DNA of 64,000 nt from a virus (taxonomy: Duplodnaviria > Caudoviricetes): positions 32,001-96,000 of the IMG/VR virus record IMGVR_UViG_3300047469_000103; one strand, written 5' to 3'. The notes under the pieces are model-generated. The model was not told the DNA's origin. It was given only the letters and a program-made list of their open reading frames with translations, and searched no databases. Below, one piece after another: positions 18,283 to 29,169 of the stretch. A program made the translations under genes and the position numbers. The first letter of the stretch is position 1. Every line of letters starts with the position of its first letter.

Positions 18283-20583
18283 ATGGTTGATAAACTGGTA
18301 TTACTCGACGCCGGGGAATCTGCACTCAATAATGCGAGTGCTGGCGGTATCCTGATTAATCCGGCATCTTTTAAAATGGGCGACTCGGCACTGTATGCTT
18401 CCAGCACGCAGCACACCGATATCGTGGGCAATTTTGTTTGCGGCGGCGAATTTCATCACGTAGAAACTTTGAGCGCTCGTGTTGCTCGGTTTGTGCTGAC
18501 GATTGATACCCGTTTGCTAACCGTTCCAACAGTTGCGAAAGAAGTAGTTGTTTTCTTCGAAGGTGGCGTGGCTTTTGGTCGTGCTGTATTCGCAGAACCG
18601 TTTATTTTGAACCCGGATGAACCTACCCGTTTGAGCGTTGTTCTCGCGACCTCGCGTGCGGATTTGTCCACGATTAATGTGACCGTCGGGGAATACGATA
18701 CAATTCCTTCGACTGCATTTCTGTACCGTTTGCCGAATCCGGCTAACTCGGAATTCAATGCTGTTTCTGTTCTGAATGGCAAACGAAATCCAGATGGCAC
18801 AAATAGCCCTGTACTCGCCATGCGATACGGGGCTGGTTCGTTTTCATGGGGCTTCAGCGACCACATGCGCGTCTTTTCTGGCGTACCTGTGTCGGCTACA
18901 AGCACCTCTTTTAAAATCAGTTCTTCTGTTGTTTTTGCAGCGGACGAACAGGTAATTGTTCACGTAATTGCTGGCAGCGGCGAAGGTAAAACCCGGCGTT
19001 ATCGCTGGAACGCTGGCGCTCAGGAATTCCGCGATGTTGATTCGCAAGCAATTCCAAATCTGGCAGCTTGCACAATTGCTATTTGGAAAATGCAAACCGG
19101 TGCAAGCGGCGGTAATGGATCGAACGGTATTCCCGGCACCGATGGCATTCCCGGCGATTGGGTTTTAACTCCCGGTAATGATGGCACTGGTGTTTGGCAA
19201 CCGCCGAAACCTGCAAGCCGGATTATTTCCACTTTGTATACGTCGCCGTCGAAGCTGGATATCAACGCGATTAACTACATGGGAACCGGCGACGAAGCAC
19301 GTTATTCGACTGGTGAATTAGTCGCTGAAAACGCGAACTATATTTACCCGGCTCTCGGTCTGGCAACTCAGCACCGTTCGGCTTTCCAGTTGAATGCTTC
19401 GGAAATTGAATTCGCTGAAAACATTCCGTCGAGTGTTGGTATTGACCTACGGGTTTTCACGAAGTCGCCTAGCACCGGTACACGCGTTAAAGTAATCACG
19501 CTGGAATTTGATGCGGACGGCGAAACGGTTGAATACGATTTGGGTACGGATGTTGAAAGCGCATCGCATGTATTTGCGTTTGTTTCTTCTACCCTGCAAC
19601 CGATCACAACCTACAGCATCGACGTAGTGACGAAAAAGCTGCGATTTATTGGCCCGGTTGAAGCTGGTCTGCCGATTGAATTGCGCCTGATTACTTACGT
19701 TTCGGAAACCGCATACAGCACGCGCATTGTTACCAAAACTTATACCACTAGCGGCGACACTTTCTTCCTGAAATTGCCGGTCGCGCCTCAAGCAATTGAG
19801 CAGGTATTTGTTTCGCAGTCTGGTGCGCACGTTCACCAGAAAAACTATTCGATGATCGAAGACGCTTTGGTATTCACTTCCTCGCTGGAAGAGGAAATCG
19901 AAGTCGAAGTAATGATCTTTGAAAACGTACAATCGCAAGGTAGTGAACAAACCGGATTAAATGGTTTGGTTGTTGACGGTTATGTCACTCACAAAAACCT
20001 TGTGCTGCTGCGTCACGGTGCAAACCCGGTTGAATTGCCAATCCCTGCCCCGCGCATTTCCGTAGGTACTGGTTTGTCGATTGATACCAGTTCGGGTATT
20101 GCTGCAATTTCGATTGACGAAGACGCTTTCCCGTTGCAGAAAACATTCCAGAAATGGAGTATTGACCAGACACAACCGAAAAGCTCAAACATGCTGATTA
20201 CTCAGCGCGTGGATTTGACGAAGCCTGCATTCTATCTGGTGACAGTGGATTTCAGCGCCAAACTCGGCCCCGGTTACGTGAGCTTGGAAGGTCAGGAAAA
20301 TATCGAATATGTTGTTGGTATTCGAAGCAGCCAATCTACCGAACCGGATTTCGGTCGGGCAATTCGCGGCACTGGTACAGCGGGCGTTATTTCCAATCCT
20401 CAAGCAATTGGCGGCATGGCTTACGCAAACGCCAGCATGACGCAAACGTTTGAACTTGATCCGGCGAACCACGTATCCGGGTATGTGGAATTGGTTGCAA
20501 AAATGCGTGTGAACAATGCCAACACTTCGCAGTTTGAAGTGACACTGAATATCAACTTTAACGCAGTTGAAATTCCAAAATGA
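18283..20583 (+). CDS. tail-fibre attachment/baseplate protein
   Basis: Tail-collar-fibre-like N-terminus (GESALNNASAGGILINPASFKMGD); three internal beta repeats. Confidence 0.7.
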   Translation: MVDKLVLLDAGESALNNASAGGILINPASFKMGDSALYASSTQHTDIVGNFVCGGEFHHVETLSARVARFVLTIDTRLLTVPTVAKEVVVFFEGGVAFGRAVFAEPFILNPDEPTRLSVVLATSRADLSTINVTVGEYDTIPSTAFLYRLPNPANSEFNAVSVLNGKRNPDGTNSPVLAMRYGAGSFSWGFSDHMRVFSGVPVSATSTSFKISSSVVFAADEQVIVHVIAGSGEGKTRRYRWNAGAQEFRDVDSQAIPNLAACTIAIWKMQTGASGGNGSNGIPGTDGIPGDWVLTPGNDGTGVWQPPKPASRIISTLYTSPSKLDINAINYMGTGDEARYSTGELVAENANYIYPALGLATQHRSAFQLNASEIEFAENIPSSVGIDLRVFTKSPSTGTRVKVITLEFDADGETVEYDLGTDVESASHVFAFVSSTLQPITTYSIDVVTKKLRFIGPVEAGLPIELRLITYVSETAYSTRIVTKTYTTSGDTFFLKLPVAPQAIEQVFVSQSGAHVHQKNYSMIEDALVFTSSLEEEIEVEVMIFENVQSQGSEQTGLNGLVVDGYVTHKNLVLLRHGANPVELPIPAPRISVGTGLSIDTSSGIAAISIDEDAFPLQKTFQKWSIDQTQPKSSNMLITQRVDLTKPAFYLVTVDFSAKLGPGYVSLEGQENIEYVVGIRSSQSTEPDFGRAIRGTGTAGVISNPQAIGGMAYANASMTQTFELDPANHVSGYVELVAKMRVNNANTSQFEVTLNINFNAVEIPK

Positions 20584-21002
20584 GTTTTTGGTATGTGGAT
20601 GGTGTGGGACTGCGTGAGGGTGAGCGATGCGACAATGCTTATCCAATTACCGCCACACAATATTCCTACTGGAAAGAGCATTGCGAGTTGTTGAATATCA
20701 AGGTGGTAGACGGAAACGTTATTGCCACCATTGATATCGTGGCTTATCGGCGTATGGCGCTTTCACGAATTGAAAACGTGAATTATATCGTTGTCGAAAA
20801 CAAGAAATACTTCGACGACGAACTGCCTTACATTAGCCCGAATTACTTTCTGCGATCCGGTGGCACGTGTACGCTCACACAAGAACGTATGATTAAACTG
20901 GTCACAGAAAGAAATCGACAATTCACGCTCCGAAGAAGTGGAATCCAAACTGCAAAAACACCCGAAGAGATTGATGGGTATCTGATATGTCCAACGACCT
21001 GA
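20580..21002 (+). CDS. tail-fibre assembly-like protein
   Basis: Small ORF after a fibre gene; AKTPEEIDG C-terminus typical of Tfa/DUF4376-like proteins. Confidence 0.5.
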   Translation: MSFWYVDGVGLREGERCDNAYPITATQYSYWKEHCELLNIKVVDGNVIATIDIVAYRRMALSRIENVNYIVVENKKYFDDELPYISPNYFLRSGGTCTLTQERMIKLVTERNRQFTLRRSGIQTAKTPEEIDGYLICPTT

Positions 21003-21784
21003 CGATTGCGGTGCTAGACAACAAATCAGTATCGGTGCCAATTGGCGTAACCGTACTGACGAACAGAAAAAGAAATAACTCGTTAAAAGTGCAAAATGTA
21101 ATGACCGGTGTGGCTGTCGAAGCACCCGGCATTGGCCTGATTGAAGCGCCCGGTTACGATGGTGAACAGGCGTACCGAAACAACAGCGACGAAGTTTATT
21201 TCGATACTCCAATTGATCGAAAATCGTTGCAGATTGCCGAAGTGAGTTTTGACGATAAAAAAGGCATTCTCACATTCATTCGTAAAAACGGGCAAATGGT
21301 TTCCAGCACTTCTTTTCTGCGCCAAATTGATTTTGGTGTCGGCCCTCCCGGCCCGCGTGGCGATCCCGGTAAACATGGGAGAACTGGTGAAGCCGGAAAA
21401 GATGGAAAAGATGGGGAAACAGGTTGTGCAGGCCCGAACGGAAATGATGGGCGAAATGGCCCGGTAGGCGATCAAGGTTTAGAAGGTGACGTAGGCGCAG
21501 ACGGATACGTTGGCCCATTAGGCCCGACTGGCCCGCGTGGCGACCGTGGCCCTACAGGCGTTCCCGGTTTCGAAGGTAAGCGCGGATTGTGTGGTTTTTC
21601 TTGCCCCACAACTTCACGCGGCCCATGCGGCCCTGTCGGAAACACAATGAATAAAAACGTTGCGACCGGTGATTATCCAACCAACCTTGATTTGATTTGG
21701 GCGGGCGCAGAAGATTGTGTATGTCCTATTTATCCGAACGCATTTACGAACACTCCGGTTCCGAATCCGGTCACGTACAGCTAA
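20987..21784 (+). CDS. collagen-like fibre protein 1
   Basis: 29 uninterrupted Gly-X-Y triplets. Confidence 0.85.
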   Translation: MSNDLTIAVLDNKSVSVPIGVTVLTNRKRNNSLKVQNVMTGVAVEAPGIGLIEAPGYDGEQAYRNNSDEVYFDTPIDRKSLQIAEVSFDDKKGILTFIRKNGQMVSSTSFLRQIDFGVGPPGPRGDPGKHGRTGEAGKDGKDGETGCAGPNGNDGRNGPVGDQGLEGDVGADGYVGPLGPTGPRGDRGPTGVPGFEGKRGLCGFSCPTTSRGPCGPVGNTMNKNVATGDYPTNLDLIWAGAEDCVCPIYPNAFTNTPVPNPVTYS

Positions 21785-21792
21785 GGTGATTT

Positions 21793-24291
21793 ATGAAAGA
21801 TTGCAGTACGTTACCGATTATTGCGGGGCCAAATGTCGAACCATCGAAAATCGTTGCGCAGTGTGGTAAGTGGATTACGCTGTGCGGTAAAGGTCGGCAT
21901 AAAATTTCGTATTTCCTCGGTACGATTCAAGGCCCGGTGACAATCTGGTTTATGCGGGAAAGTCTTGAGGACGAAATCTACATCCACCAATTCGACGAAG
22001 TAATTGCAGCCGCTCCGTTGAAAGTAAAAAGCGGTTCGTTTTCTTTTGATTTCGCACCGTATGATCTTAAACCGGGAAATGACGAAATTGTTCTTTATCA
22101 CGAAGGCAATACCGTTGGCTCCCGCGTGCATATTCGTTTGGACTGTATCGAAGACCCGTGCTTGCCTGCAACTGTTGTGCAGCCGGGGCTTACCGAAACG
22201 TCGATTCTTTGCGGCAAGTATTGGCACCAATCCGGCTACGTGAAAAAGAACACAATTGTGCTAGGTGATAAACCCGGCACCGTTACCTGTCAATGGAGTG
22301 TGGTCGGCACTGCGCAGGTTATTTTTTATCAGGATAAAACCGTACTGCAAACGATCACTTCTGATCGCGAAGGTGTGTTTACTTTTGAGTACGATCCTGA
22401 GTTGGGCGAAGTCTACGCAAAGACACAGGGAACCGGCGCAGTGGATTACATTTTCACTTGCCCGTATAAAGATATCCCGGTTGAAATTCCAACGTATGAA
22501 TTCGTGTGCGGTGCGACAACCGATTACACGTTTAATGCTCCACAATTAACCGAATTGAAATTGCCGGTAGTGATTGGCACCATCGACATTACCTGCACAA
22601 TTGTGGCGACTGCAAACATTGTGTTCATGCAAAACCAAGTGCCGTTTTATGTTTTGAGCGGTCACGATGGCACAGTGAATTTCTCCTACGATTACAACCC
22701 GGATAAAGGCAAAGTAACCATCGACGCGACTGGCTATGGTCAAGTTTCGTTGCGTGCAAAATGCCCATATGTTGCACCCGATCCAATCCCGATTGATATC
22801 GACGCGGAATGTGGTTTGACCGTAGAGACTTACGCCGGTTACAGCAATATCACAATGGACATGAACGGAATTAGCGGGGATACAATTCTCGACTTTATTC
22901 TGACTGGCACCACGATCAAAATCATTCATGGACAGGAAGAAATCATTACGGATTCCGGTTCGTACACGATGGTCTATGACAAAACCGTTCCCCTGATTAT
23001 TCAGGCACGCGGTAATGATTTCCAAATGCGGGTTTCGTGTCCAATTCGTAAACCAGTTACAGGCACAATTGATTGCGGCGTAATTCGCAGCTTTGATTCA
23101 CTGTCGAATATCACTGTGCGTTACGGATCGACTGCCGGGAATAGCACCATCACAACTTCGCAAGACGTGAGCGTTTATCGCGACAACGTTTTGATGGGTT
23201 TTGGTCGGAATGTCACATTCTTTTATCCGGGCACTGGCGTTGTTTTGGTTAAGTGCGATGTGCTGGATGAATACCTGACAATTGACGCAACATGCCCAGC
23301 GGCAAAATCAATTGCGTGCGGCAATACACTGCAAAACTTTAATGCGGGCGATATCGTCACTGTGAACTTCGCAACCCCGTTAATTCGTGGGCATGTGAAT
23401 GTGCATATCGAAATCACAGGCAACGTGAATGCGGTTTTCCGTCTAGGTAATACCGACGTGCATACGTCAACAATTACCGAAACGTTTAACCAAATCATGA
23501 ACACTTCCGCAGGGCTGAAAATCGTTACGACAGGAAGCGGCCAGTTTAGAGTTTACGTGGAATGTGCGGTGCCGATTTACATTGTCAGCGTTGTTCCAAT
23601 GACGCAGAAAGTGAATTGCGCGCCCGGTGAAACAGCAAATGGAATTCCCGGTGGAAATACTTTCGTGACTGCATCGTGGACAATTACCACGTGGTCGGAT
23701 GGCAACGTAGTTACTTCCACAAAAACATACGATGGAGTGTGCAAATTGCCGACTGACGCACCTATTCAGCCTGCCCGTTGGGGCGTTGCAATGTTTGCAA
23801 ACCGTTTGTTTACAGGCGGGCCAATTGCATCGGAAATAACCAGTGAAGAAGCAATGTATGGCGTGCAAGCAAATACGTCGCCAAGCGGGCGCCCATATAC
23901 ACATTGGGCAAACGTGCAGGACTTCTGCGACAAAGTAATGACGCACACATTTACGCCGACCAGCATTGATGATTCGGGGCAATTCGAACCGACAATTGCA
24001 GTGGATGATTTCGTTTATTTGATGTGGGATAAACGCGCTGGCGCTGAAACATATATCGTCAATATGGGTAACAGCTTCAACGTTACTTTCGACGGTGCTT
24101 TGTGGCGAAATGATTTGCTCGGAAACTATGAAGGTCTGCCGGGTTATGACGCAAACTTGCCTATTTATCTGACTGTGCAGTATGACAACGGCACCGGTCT
24201 GCGTGACTGGGTTATCGTGCGGCAAGAAACCACAACGCTTGCTGAAGTCAGTCCGCGTAAAGATAAATACTCTGTTAAATATTTGGTATGA
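21793..24291 (+). CDS. Cys-repeat virion fibre protein
   Basis: Tandem ~95-aa repeats bracketed by CG...CP. Confidence 0.75.
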   Translation: MKDCSTLPIIAGPNVEPSKIVAQCGKWITLCGKGRHKISYFLGTIQGPVTIWFMRESLEDEIYIHQFDEVIAAAPLKVKSGSFSFDFAPYDLKPGNDEIVLYHEGNTVGSRVHIRLDCIEDPCLPATVVQPGLTETSILCGKYWHQSGYVKKNTIVLGDKPGTVTCQWSVVGTAQVIFYQDKTVLQTITSDREGVFTFEYDPELGEVYAKTQGTGAVDYIFTCPYKDIPVEIPTYEFVCGATTDYTFNAPQLTELKLPVVIGTIDITCTIVATANIVFMQNQVPFYVLSGHDGTVNFSYDYNPDKGKVTIDATGYGQVSLRAKCPYVAPDPIPIDIDAECGLTVETYAGYSNITMDMNGISGDTILDFILTGTTIKIIHGQEEIITDSGSYTMVYDKTVPLIIQARGNDFQMRVSCPIRKPVTGTIDCGVIRSFDSLSNITVRYGSTAGNSTITTSQDVSVYRDNVLMGFGRNVTFFYPGTGVVLVKCDVLDEYLTIDATCPAAKSIACGNTLQNFNAGDIVTVNFATPLIRGHVNVHIEITGNVNAVFRLGNTDVHTSTITETFNQIMNTSAGLKIVTTGSGQFRVYVECAVPIYIVSVVPMTQKVNCAPGETANGIPGGNTFVTASWTITTWSDGNVVTSTKTYDGVCKLPTDAPIQPARWGVAMFANRLFTGGPIASEITSEEAMYGVQANTSPSGRPYTHWANVQDFCDKVMTHTFTPTSIDDSGQFEPTIAVDDFVYLMWDKRAGAETYIVNMGNSFNVTFDGALWRNDLLGNYEGLPGYDANLPIYLTVQYDNGTGLRDWVIVRQETTTLAEVSPRKDKYSVKYLV

Positions 24292-24299
24292 GGTGATGT

Positions 24300-24929
24300 A
24301 TGCCAGTCACTAAACTACCGTCGTTTATGATTCGTGCTTTGGGTGAAAAAGATTCGAGCGTTTTGGAAGTTAAAAACGAACGTCTCTCGGCCACCGCGCC
24401 AACAGATACCGAAGTGTCTGAAGTTTCGTCGATGCTTTATGACCAAACTCAGGGCGTATTAACAATTCGGTTTTTTAATGGCAACGAAATTCGTGCGACG
24501 GGATTTCCAACCGCTGCAAAAATTCCAGCAGGCCCAACAGGCCCACAAGGTTTGGCGGGAATAGATGGAAAAAACGGAACTGATGGCGCCGCTGGTGCAA
24601 TGGGTTCTGCCGGTTGTGCAGGGCCACAAGGCGCAATTGGTCAAACAGGGCCAAAAGGTGAAACCGGTCGTACTGGTGTGCAAGGCCCAATAGGCCCAAC
24701 CGGGCCACAGGGGCCAGTCGGATTACAAGGCCCAATCGGGCCAACGGGGCCACAGGGGCCAGAAGGCCCACAAGGGCCACGCGGCGATCAAGGCCCACAA
24801 GGAAAACCGGGGCCAAAAGGGCCAGAAGGTTACATGAATATTATTGTTTCCACGACCGAACCAAAAGAAGCAGATAGAGTTGACGGTTTGTTGTGGGTAA
24901 ATCCTGCTGCCGATTATTCGTGCGCGTAA
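24300..24929 (+). CDS. collagen-like fibre protein 2
   Basis: 34 Gly-X-Y triplets. Confidence 0.88.
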   Translation: MPVTKLPSFMIRALGEKDSSVLEVKNERLSATAPTDTEVSEVSSMLYDQTQGVLTIRFFNGNEIRATGFPTAAKIPAGPTGPQGLAGIDGKNGTDGAAGAMGSAGCAGPQGAIGQTGPKGETGRTGVQGPIGPTGPQGPVGLQGPIGPTGPQGPEGPQGPRGDQGPQGKPGPKGPEGYMNIIVSTTEPKEADRVDGLLWVNPAADYSCA

Positions 24930-24945
24930 TTAAAGGAGAATTGAA

Positions 24946-25470
24946 ATGGCTGGTGGTGAATTAACACGCTTGCCGGTAACGATGCTTCGCGCACGTGGCA
25001 AAACCGGTGCATCATTAAAAAACACGGGAACATCTGTTCAAGTTTCTGAAACGAACGATCAAGCATCGCCGTTTTTGAACGCCGGACATTTGGATCAATT
25101 GACTGGTATTCTTCAGCTTTCAAATAGTGACGGAACTTACATTAGTATTGACGGGTTTTTTACCGCGAATTCTATTGTGCAAGGTCAAGCGGGGCCACGT
25201 GGATTAAATGGGCAAGATGGTCGCGATGGTTCTGATGGTCGCGATGGTGAACAAGGCCCGACAGGTTGCCAAGGCCCAGCGGGGCCGCGTGGTGATACAG
25301 GGCCAGAAGGCCCACGGGGGCCACAAGGTATTCAAGGCCCAGCAGGCCCAACCGGTGCGCCGGGGCCACGAGGCGATGACGGTTTTGTACAAATCTTTAT
25401 CCAATCGGAAGACCCAAGCGCAATGGAAGGTTCTGTAGTTAAACCCGGTGCAATGTGGGTTAAACCATAA
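24946..25470 (+). CDS. collagen-like fibre protein 3
   Basis: 23 Gly-X-Y triplets. Confidence 0.88.
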   Translation: MAGGELTRLPVTMLRARGKTGASLKNTGTSVQVSETNDQASPFLNAGHLDQLTGILQLSNSDGTYISIDGFFTANSIVQGQAGPRGLNGQDGRDGSDGRDGEQGPTGCQGPAGPRGDTGPEGPRGPQGIQGPAGPTGAPGPRGDDGFVQIFIQSEDPSAMEGSVVKPGAMWVKP

Positions 25471-25488
25471 ACGCAAAAAGAACACGAT

Positions 25489-25522
25489 AAAAGGGGACTT
25501 AATTGTTCCCTTTTTTCGTTTT
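25489..25522 (+). terminator. intrinsic terminator with TTAATT loop
   Basis: AAAAGGGGAC-TTAATT-GTTCCCTTTTTT. Confidence 0.75.
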
Positions 25523-25525
25523 AGC

Positions 25526-25534
25526 GTAATTTAA
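25526..25534 (+). promoter_or_regulatory. putative late-promoter motif GTAATTTAA
   Basis: Between the terminator and the RBS of the 25567 ORF. Confidence 0.5.
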
Positions 25535-25566
25535 ACGTATCGGTAAACATTAGGTCTGGAGCGACT

Positions 25567-28500
25567 ATGAGCGATCTGGTTATTCAATCACCGGGCGGGG
25601 CGTGGTTGAACATTTGCGGAAGTGAATGGAAAGTATTACAGGACGATGGCAAATGGTACGCAATTGATCCGTTAAACGATTTGCGCGTGCGTCATGGTTC
25701 GAATGATTATTGGATGGTTATTGACTGCGACACAGGCGCAGCATATTGCCCACCAGAAGACATTGCAGAATGTTGGTCTGGACGCACAGGGAATTTTGAT
25801 TCCTCCGAATTTAAAGCCGGTGGCCCAACAGGTTATTTGGTTTGCGATTGCGATGGAAACAATTGCAAAACATATACAGGTCACGGCCCGAACTACAACA
25901 TTGAAGCAGGCCGCTTTGCAATCACTGCTCCGAAAATGGATAACAGTGTTGCCTATCCTTTGCCTGCAACTATTTTCGGACACGAAGCCGAAATAACCGA
26001 AACATTGCTTTTTGTTGGTGATCGTTCTGGTCACGTTTCTGTTTCTCTTCTGGAACTCGACACGCAGGTTCGTGTGCGTATTTACCACGGCTGCGAATTG
26101 CTCGGTGATTCGGACGAAAGCGGTACGGAATTCAACGTGTTCTTTAACGCTGAACCTCCTGAAATGACCGAACTGGATTGCGGCGTACAAAAACCAGTTA
26201 ATAACTTTCTGACAATGCGCGTTGATGCTCCTACAGGTTCGCGCTGGCGTGTAAAGGTTGGCGCTGCAAACGTAACGCAAACAACCAATTACACAAAACC
26301 TGCTCCGTGCTTCGGTACATTCGGCCCGCATTTGCCGTGCTTTATTGACGACGAACAACGGGTAATTCCGGGCGAAGCAGTTTATGAAGTTTTGCACACG
26401 CTGCCCGAACCGGGACGCGTCGATCTTGACCTAACCGTTAATGGCGCAGAGCCTGTAACCTTTTCCGTCTTTTACAATGGCGGATTAATCGCGACGACAA
26501 CCACTACAAACAGTGGCGGAAATCAACGCGTAGCAACCACGCTTTCGTTTAACTTCACCCCAGTTGGTGGCGACGATTTCATTGTGGTTCGTTATTCGGC
26601 ACCGCGTCAATTCAACAGTTGGTTTTATTCGATTTATTGCCCGAACAGAAAAGGTTCGCGCATTAATCCAATGTTCTGTACGCCGGTTCCTGATCCGGTT
26701 CCGTATGACGTGCTTTGTTTGCCACTGAATACCAGCCTCGATCCGATTTATGCAATCGTCGGGAAAGGCGCACCGGTCAACGATATGTATTACGATTATT
26801 CGGGCAAACCGCTCGGGGATATCGTGGTCGAATTCTTCGCAACGGATGCAATTCAATTCCTGTTTTATCAAGGGAATTATCCGAACGAAACTCTGTTGAG
26901 TGGCACCAGTTCTTTAGTCGGTGGTCACAATCGTTTTTACTTCCGATTTAATCCTGCACTCGGCACAACAATTCACGTGCGCACCGTTGGCCCGTGCTGC
27001 CCTGATTGGGCTTACACAATGTCTTGCCCGGTTCCGCCGCCGATTCTCGATATTTACGACGGCGAAGTAACGCGTCTGCGAAAAGGCCAAGTGAATTATC
27101 TGTGTTTCAATGTCGAACTGAGAAACAAAACGCCAAAACGCGTAACGTTTAACTGGACGACTGCACCGATTACCGCGCTGGTTTCTACAGACGGCACGTG
27201 TACGATTACCGAAAACGTTCCAGATTCTCCATATTGCAATATCACGGCAACCGGTGGTGTGCAAACTGCTGGGTATTCCAACGATACGAATATCGGCTAC
27301 CCACAAGCGCAGCGAATTAGTTCGACATTGCACAGTCCGAACTGCGCGCAAGGTGGTCAGTATTACGTTATGGAAACTGAAATTCAGCTTCCTTACGACG
27401 GCACGTATATTTTTGTAGGCACAGCGGATGACACGTTGGTGGCTTACGTTGACTGCGTGAAAGTATTCGAGAAATATTCGGATTGGGGCATTCCACAAAG
27501 CGGAAACTTTAATGCAAGAGCCGGATGGCAAACACTCAGCCTCGTTTACCAGAACGTTCCAAACTGCACACCGGGTTGGGCGAAGTTTGTTATTCTGAAT
27601 AATTCGGGCGTTGTTATTCACGCATCGAATGCTGCCGCGTATGTGTGGCGTTCTAAAGCCGGTGCAATTTCCATTGATCCGCCACCTGTGCCGCTGGTTT
27701 ACGGCGCCGATTACAATCAGGTTAGCGGTTCGGGTGTAATTGAAGCGTGTAATAAATCTACGCAAATTTGTGTTCCGATTTGCGGTACAGATTTGATGGG
27801 GCCAGACGTTACTTTCTCCGTGCAACTTTCCGAAATTGTTAACGCGGAAATCGGTGACTTGTATGCGATTGGCACAATTAAAAACTCCAACCATTACGTG
27901 TGCGATCAGAACACTAACGTTGCCGTTTACGATGCAGGTCTTGACCCGTATGTGAACCGTGACGCGCACCGCATGTACGTGAATAAATATTCAGGAAATA
28001 GCGGTGCATCTTATGTTATGGATGCGACGATTAATATTCCGGCATCTGGTTTGTACACGTTCTATTTCTTCGGGACGGACGCCGCAAACCTGTACATGGA
28101 TTGCAACCTGATTGCACAAAGCGGAAATGCTGCTGTTAAAGTTCGTGCGCCGATGAATGCTGGCCCACGGAAATTTTACATCAATTACTGGACTGCCCAA
28201 ACTGCCGGTAAGCGCGTGGGTTGTGCCGCACTGGCAATTGTCGATTCGTTAAATCGCGTTGTTTACGCAAGCCGTGCAGAACATTGGCGCGGTCGAATTG
28301 TTTCTGCGGGTTCACCTCCATTCTGCGATCAATTTCCGAAGACGTGTAACATTGCTGCACAGGCGGGCGTAGGTAACTATCCTCCGCATAACGATGGGCG
28401 CGTGGGTTACGGTTCGATTTCCATGTATTCGTCGTTGCACGCACCAGCATGCGCGCCGGGAAATACGTTCTTCACACTTGAACGCAAACTGACTTTCCCT

Positions 28501-29166
28501 GTTTCTGGAACGTACACATTCCGAGGAATTGCGGACGACACGTTGGATATTTACATCGACTGTAATCACGTTTTTTCCAGTATCTTGCAACAAGGCCCGG
28601 TAAACGGTGCAGTGAATGTGAGCGCAGGAGAACACACGGTAACTGTCGTTTATAAAAACGTGCCGAATTGTACGCCGGGTTATGTGCAGTTCGCATTCAT
28701 TAAACCTGACGGAAATGTTTTCTACGCGTCGAATCCTGACGGGTGGATTTCTGCGGCTGGCAGTTTGAGTAATCAACCGGTTGCTCTGTACGAGACGTGG
28801 TACAACGGTCAATTGTGTTTGCACATTTCGCCTTCGATTGGCAGTGGCGGCCCCAACTACAATTGGTGGTCTGCTGAAATGGATTGGGGCGTGCCAAGCG
28901 ACGGTGTGTATTACGTTGTAGGCGGCGCGGACGACCAGTTAGGTTTGTACATCGGGTGCGAAAGTAAACCAATTAATGGTACGCCTTTTTATCTCGATGG
29001 CGGCATGACTAAAATGCACATCCGCTGCTATAACCTTAAATCGAAAAACCCAAACTATTGCTATTTCAGTATTTACAACGCAACTACCGGCGCGTTGGTG
29101 TACCACTCTAACCGCGTTGACTGGCGAGCAAAATGGGCTGACCTCGACTTCTCAGGACTGGCATAA
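25567..29166 (+). CDS. Cys-rich adhesin-like fibre with four PA14-like domains and a split Calx-beta domain
   Basis: GTYIFVGTADD, GLYTFYFFGTD, GTYTFRGIADD, GVYYVVGGADD repeats; ADYNQVSGSG Calx-beta motif. Confidence 0.75.
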   Translation: MSDLVIQSPGGAWLNICGSEWKVLQDDGKWYAIDPLNDLRVRHGSNDYWMVIDCDTGAAYCPPEDIAECWSGRTGNFDSSEFKAGGPTGYLVCDCDGNNCKTYTGHGPNYNIEAGRFAITAPKMDNSVAYPLPATIFGHEAEITETLLFVGDRSGHVSVSLLELDTQVRVRIYHGCELLGDSDESGTEFNVFFNAEPPEMTELDCGVQKPVNNFLTMRVDAPTGSRWRVKVGAANVTQTTNYTKPAPCFGTFGPHLPCFIDDEQRVIPGEAVYEVLHTLPEPGRVDLDLTVNGAEPVTFSVFYNGGLIATTTTTNSGGNQRVATTLSFNFTPVGGDDFIVVRYSAPRQFNSWFYSIYCPNRKGSRINPMFCTPVPDPVPYDVLCLPLNTSLDPIYAIVGKGAPVNDMYYDYSGKPLGDIVVEFFATDAIQFLFYQGNYPNETLLSGTSSLVGGHNRFYFRFNPALGTTIHVRTVGPCCPDWAYTMSCPVPPPILDIYDGEVTRLRKGQVNYLCFNVELRNKTPKRVTFNWTTAPITALVSTDGTCTITENVPDSPYCNITATGGVQTAGYSNDTNIGYPQAQRISSTLHSPNCAQGGQYYVMETEIQLPYDGTYIFVGTADDTLVAYVDCVKVFEKYSDWGIPQSGNFNARAGWQTLSLVYQNVPNCTPGWAKFVILNNSGVVIHASNAAAYVWRSKAGAISIDPPPVPLVYGADYNQVSGSGVIEACNKSTQICVPICGTDLMGPDVTFSVQLSEIVNAEIGDLYAIGTIKNSNHYVCDQNTNVAVYDAGLDPYVNRDAHRMYVNKYSGNSGASYVMDATINIPASGLYTFYFFGTDAANLYMDCNLIAQSGNAAVKVRAPMNAGPRKFYINYWTAQTAGKRVGCAALAIVDSLNRVVYASRAEHWRGRIVSAGSPPFCDQFPKTCNIAAQAGVGNYPPHNDGRVGYGSISMYSSLHAPACAPGNTFFTLERKLTFPVSGTYTFRGIADDTLDIYIDCNHVFSSILQQGPVNGAVNVSAGEHTVTVVYKNVPNCTPGYVQFAFIKPDGNVFYASNPDGWISAAGSLSNQPVALYETWYNGQLCLHISPSIGSGGPNYNWWSAEMDWGVPSDGVYYVVGGADDQLGLYIGCESKPINGTPFYLDGGMTKMHIRCYNLKSKNPNYCYFSIYNATTGALVYHSNRVDWRAKWADLDFSGLA

Positions 29167-29169
29167 ACT

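Noticed and set aside
24530-24830. GGCCC-rich periodic repeats as a CRISPR array or tandem DNA repeat
   Set aside because: They are Gly-Pro codons of collagen triplets; no unique spacers and no cas genes
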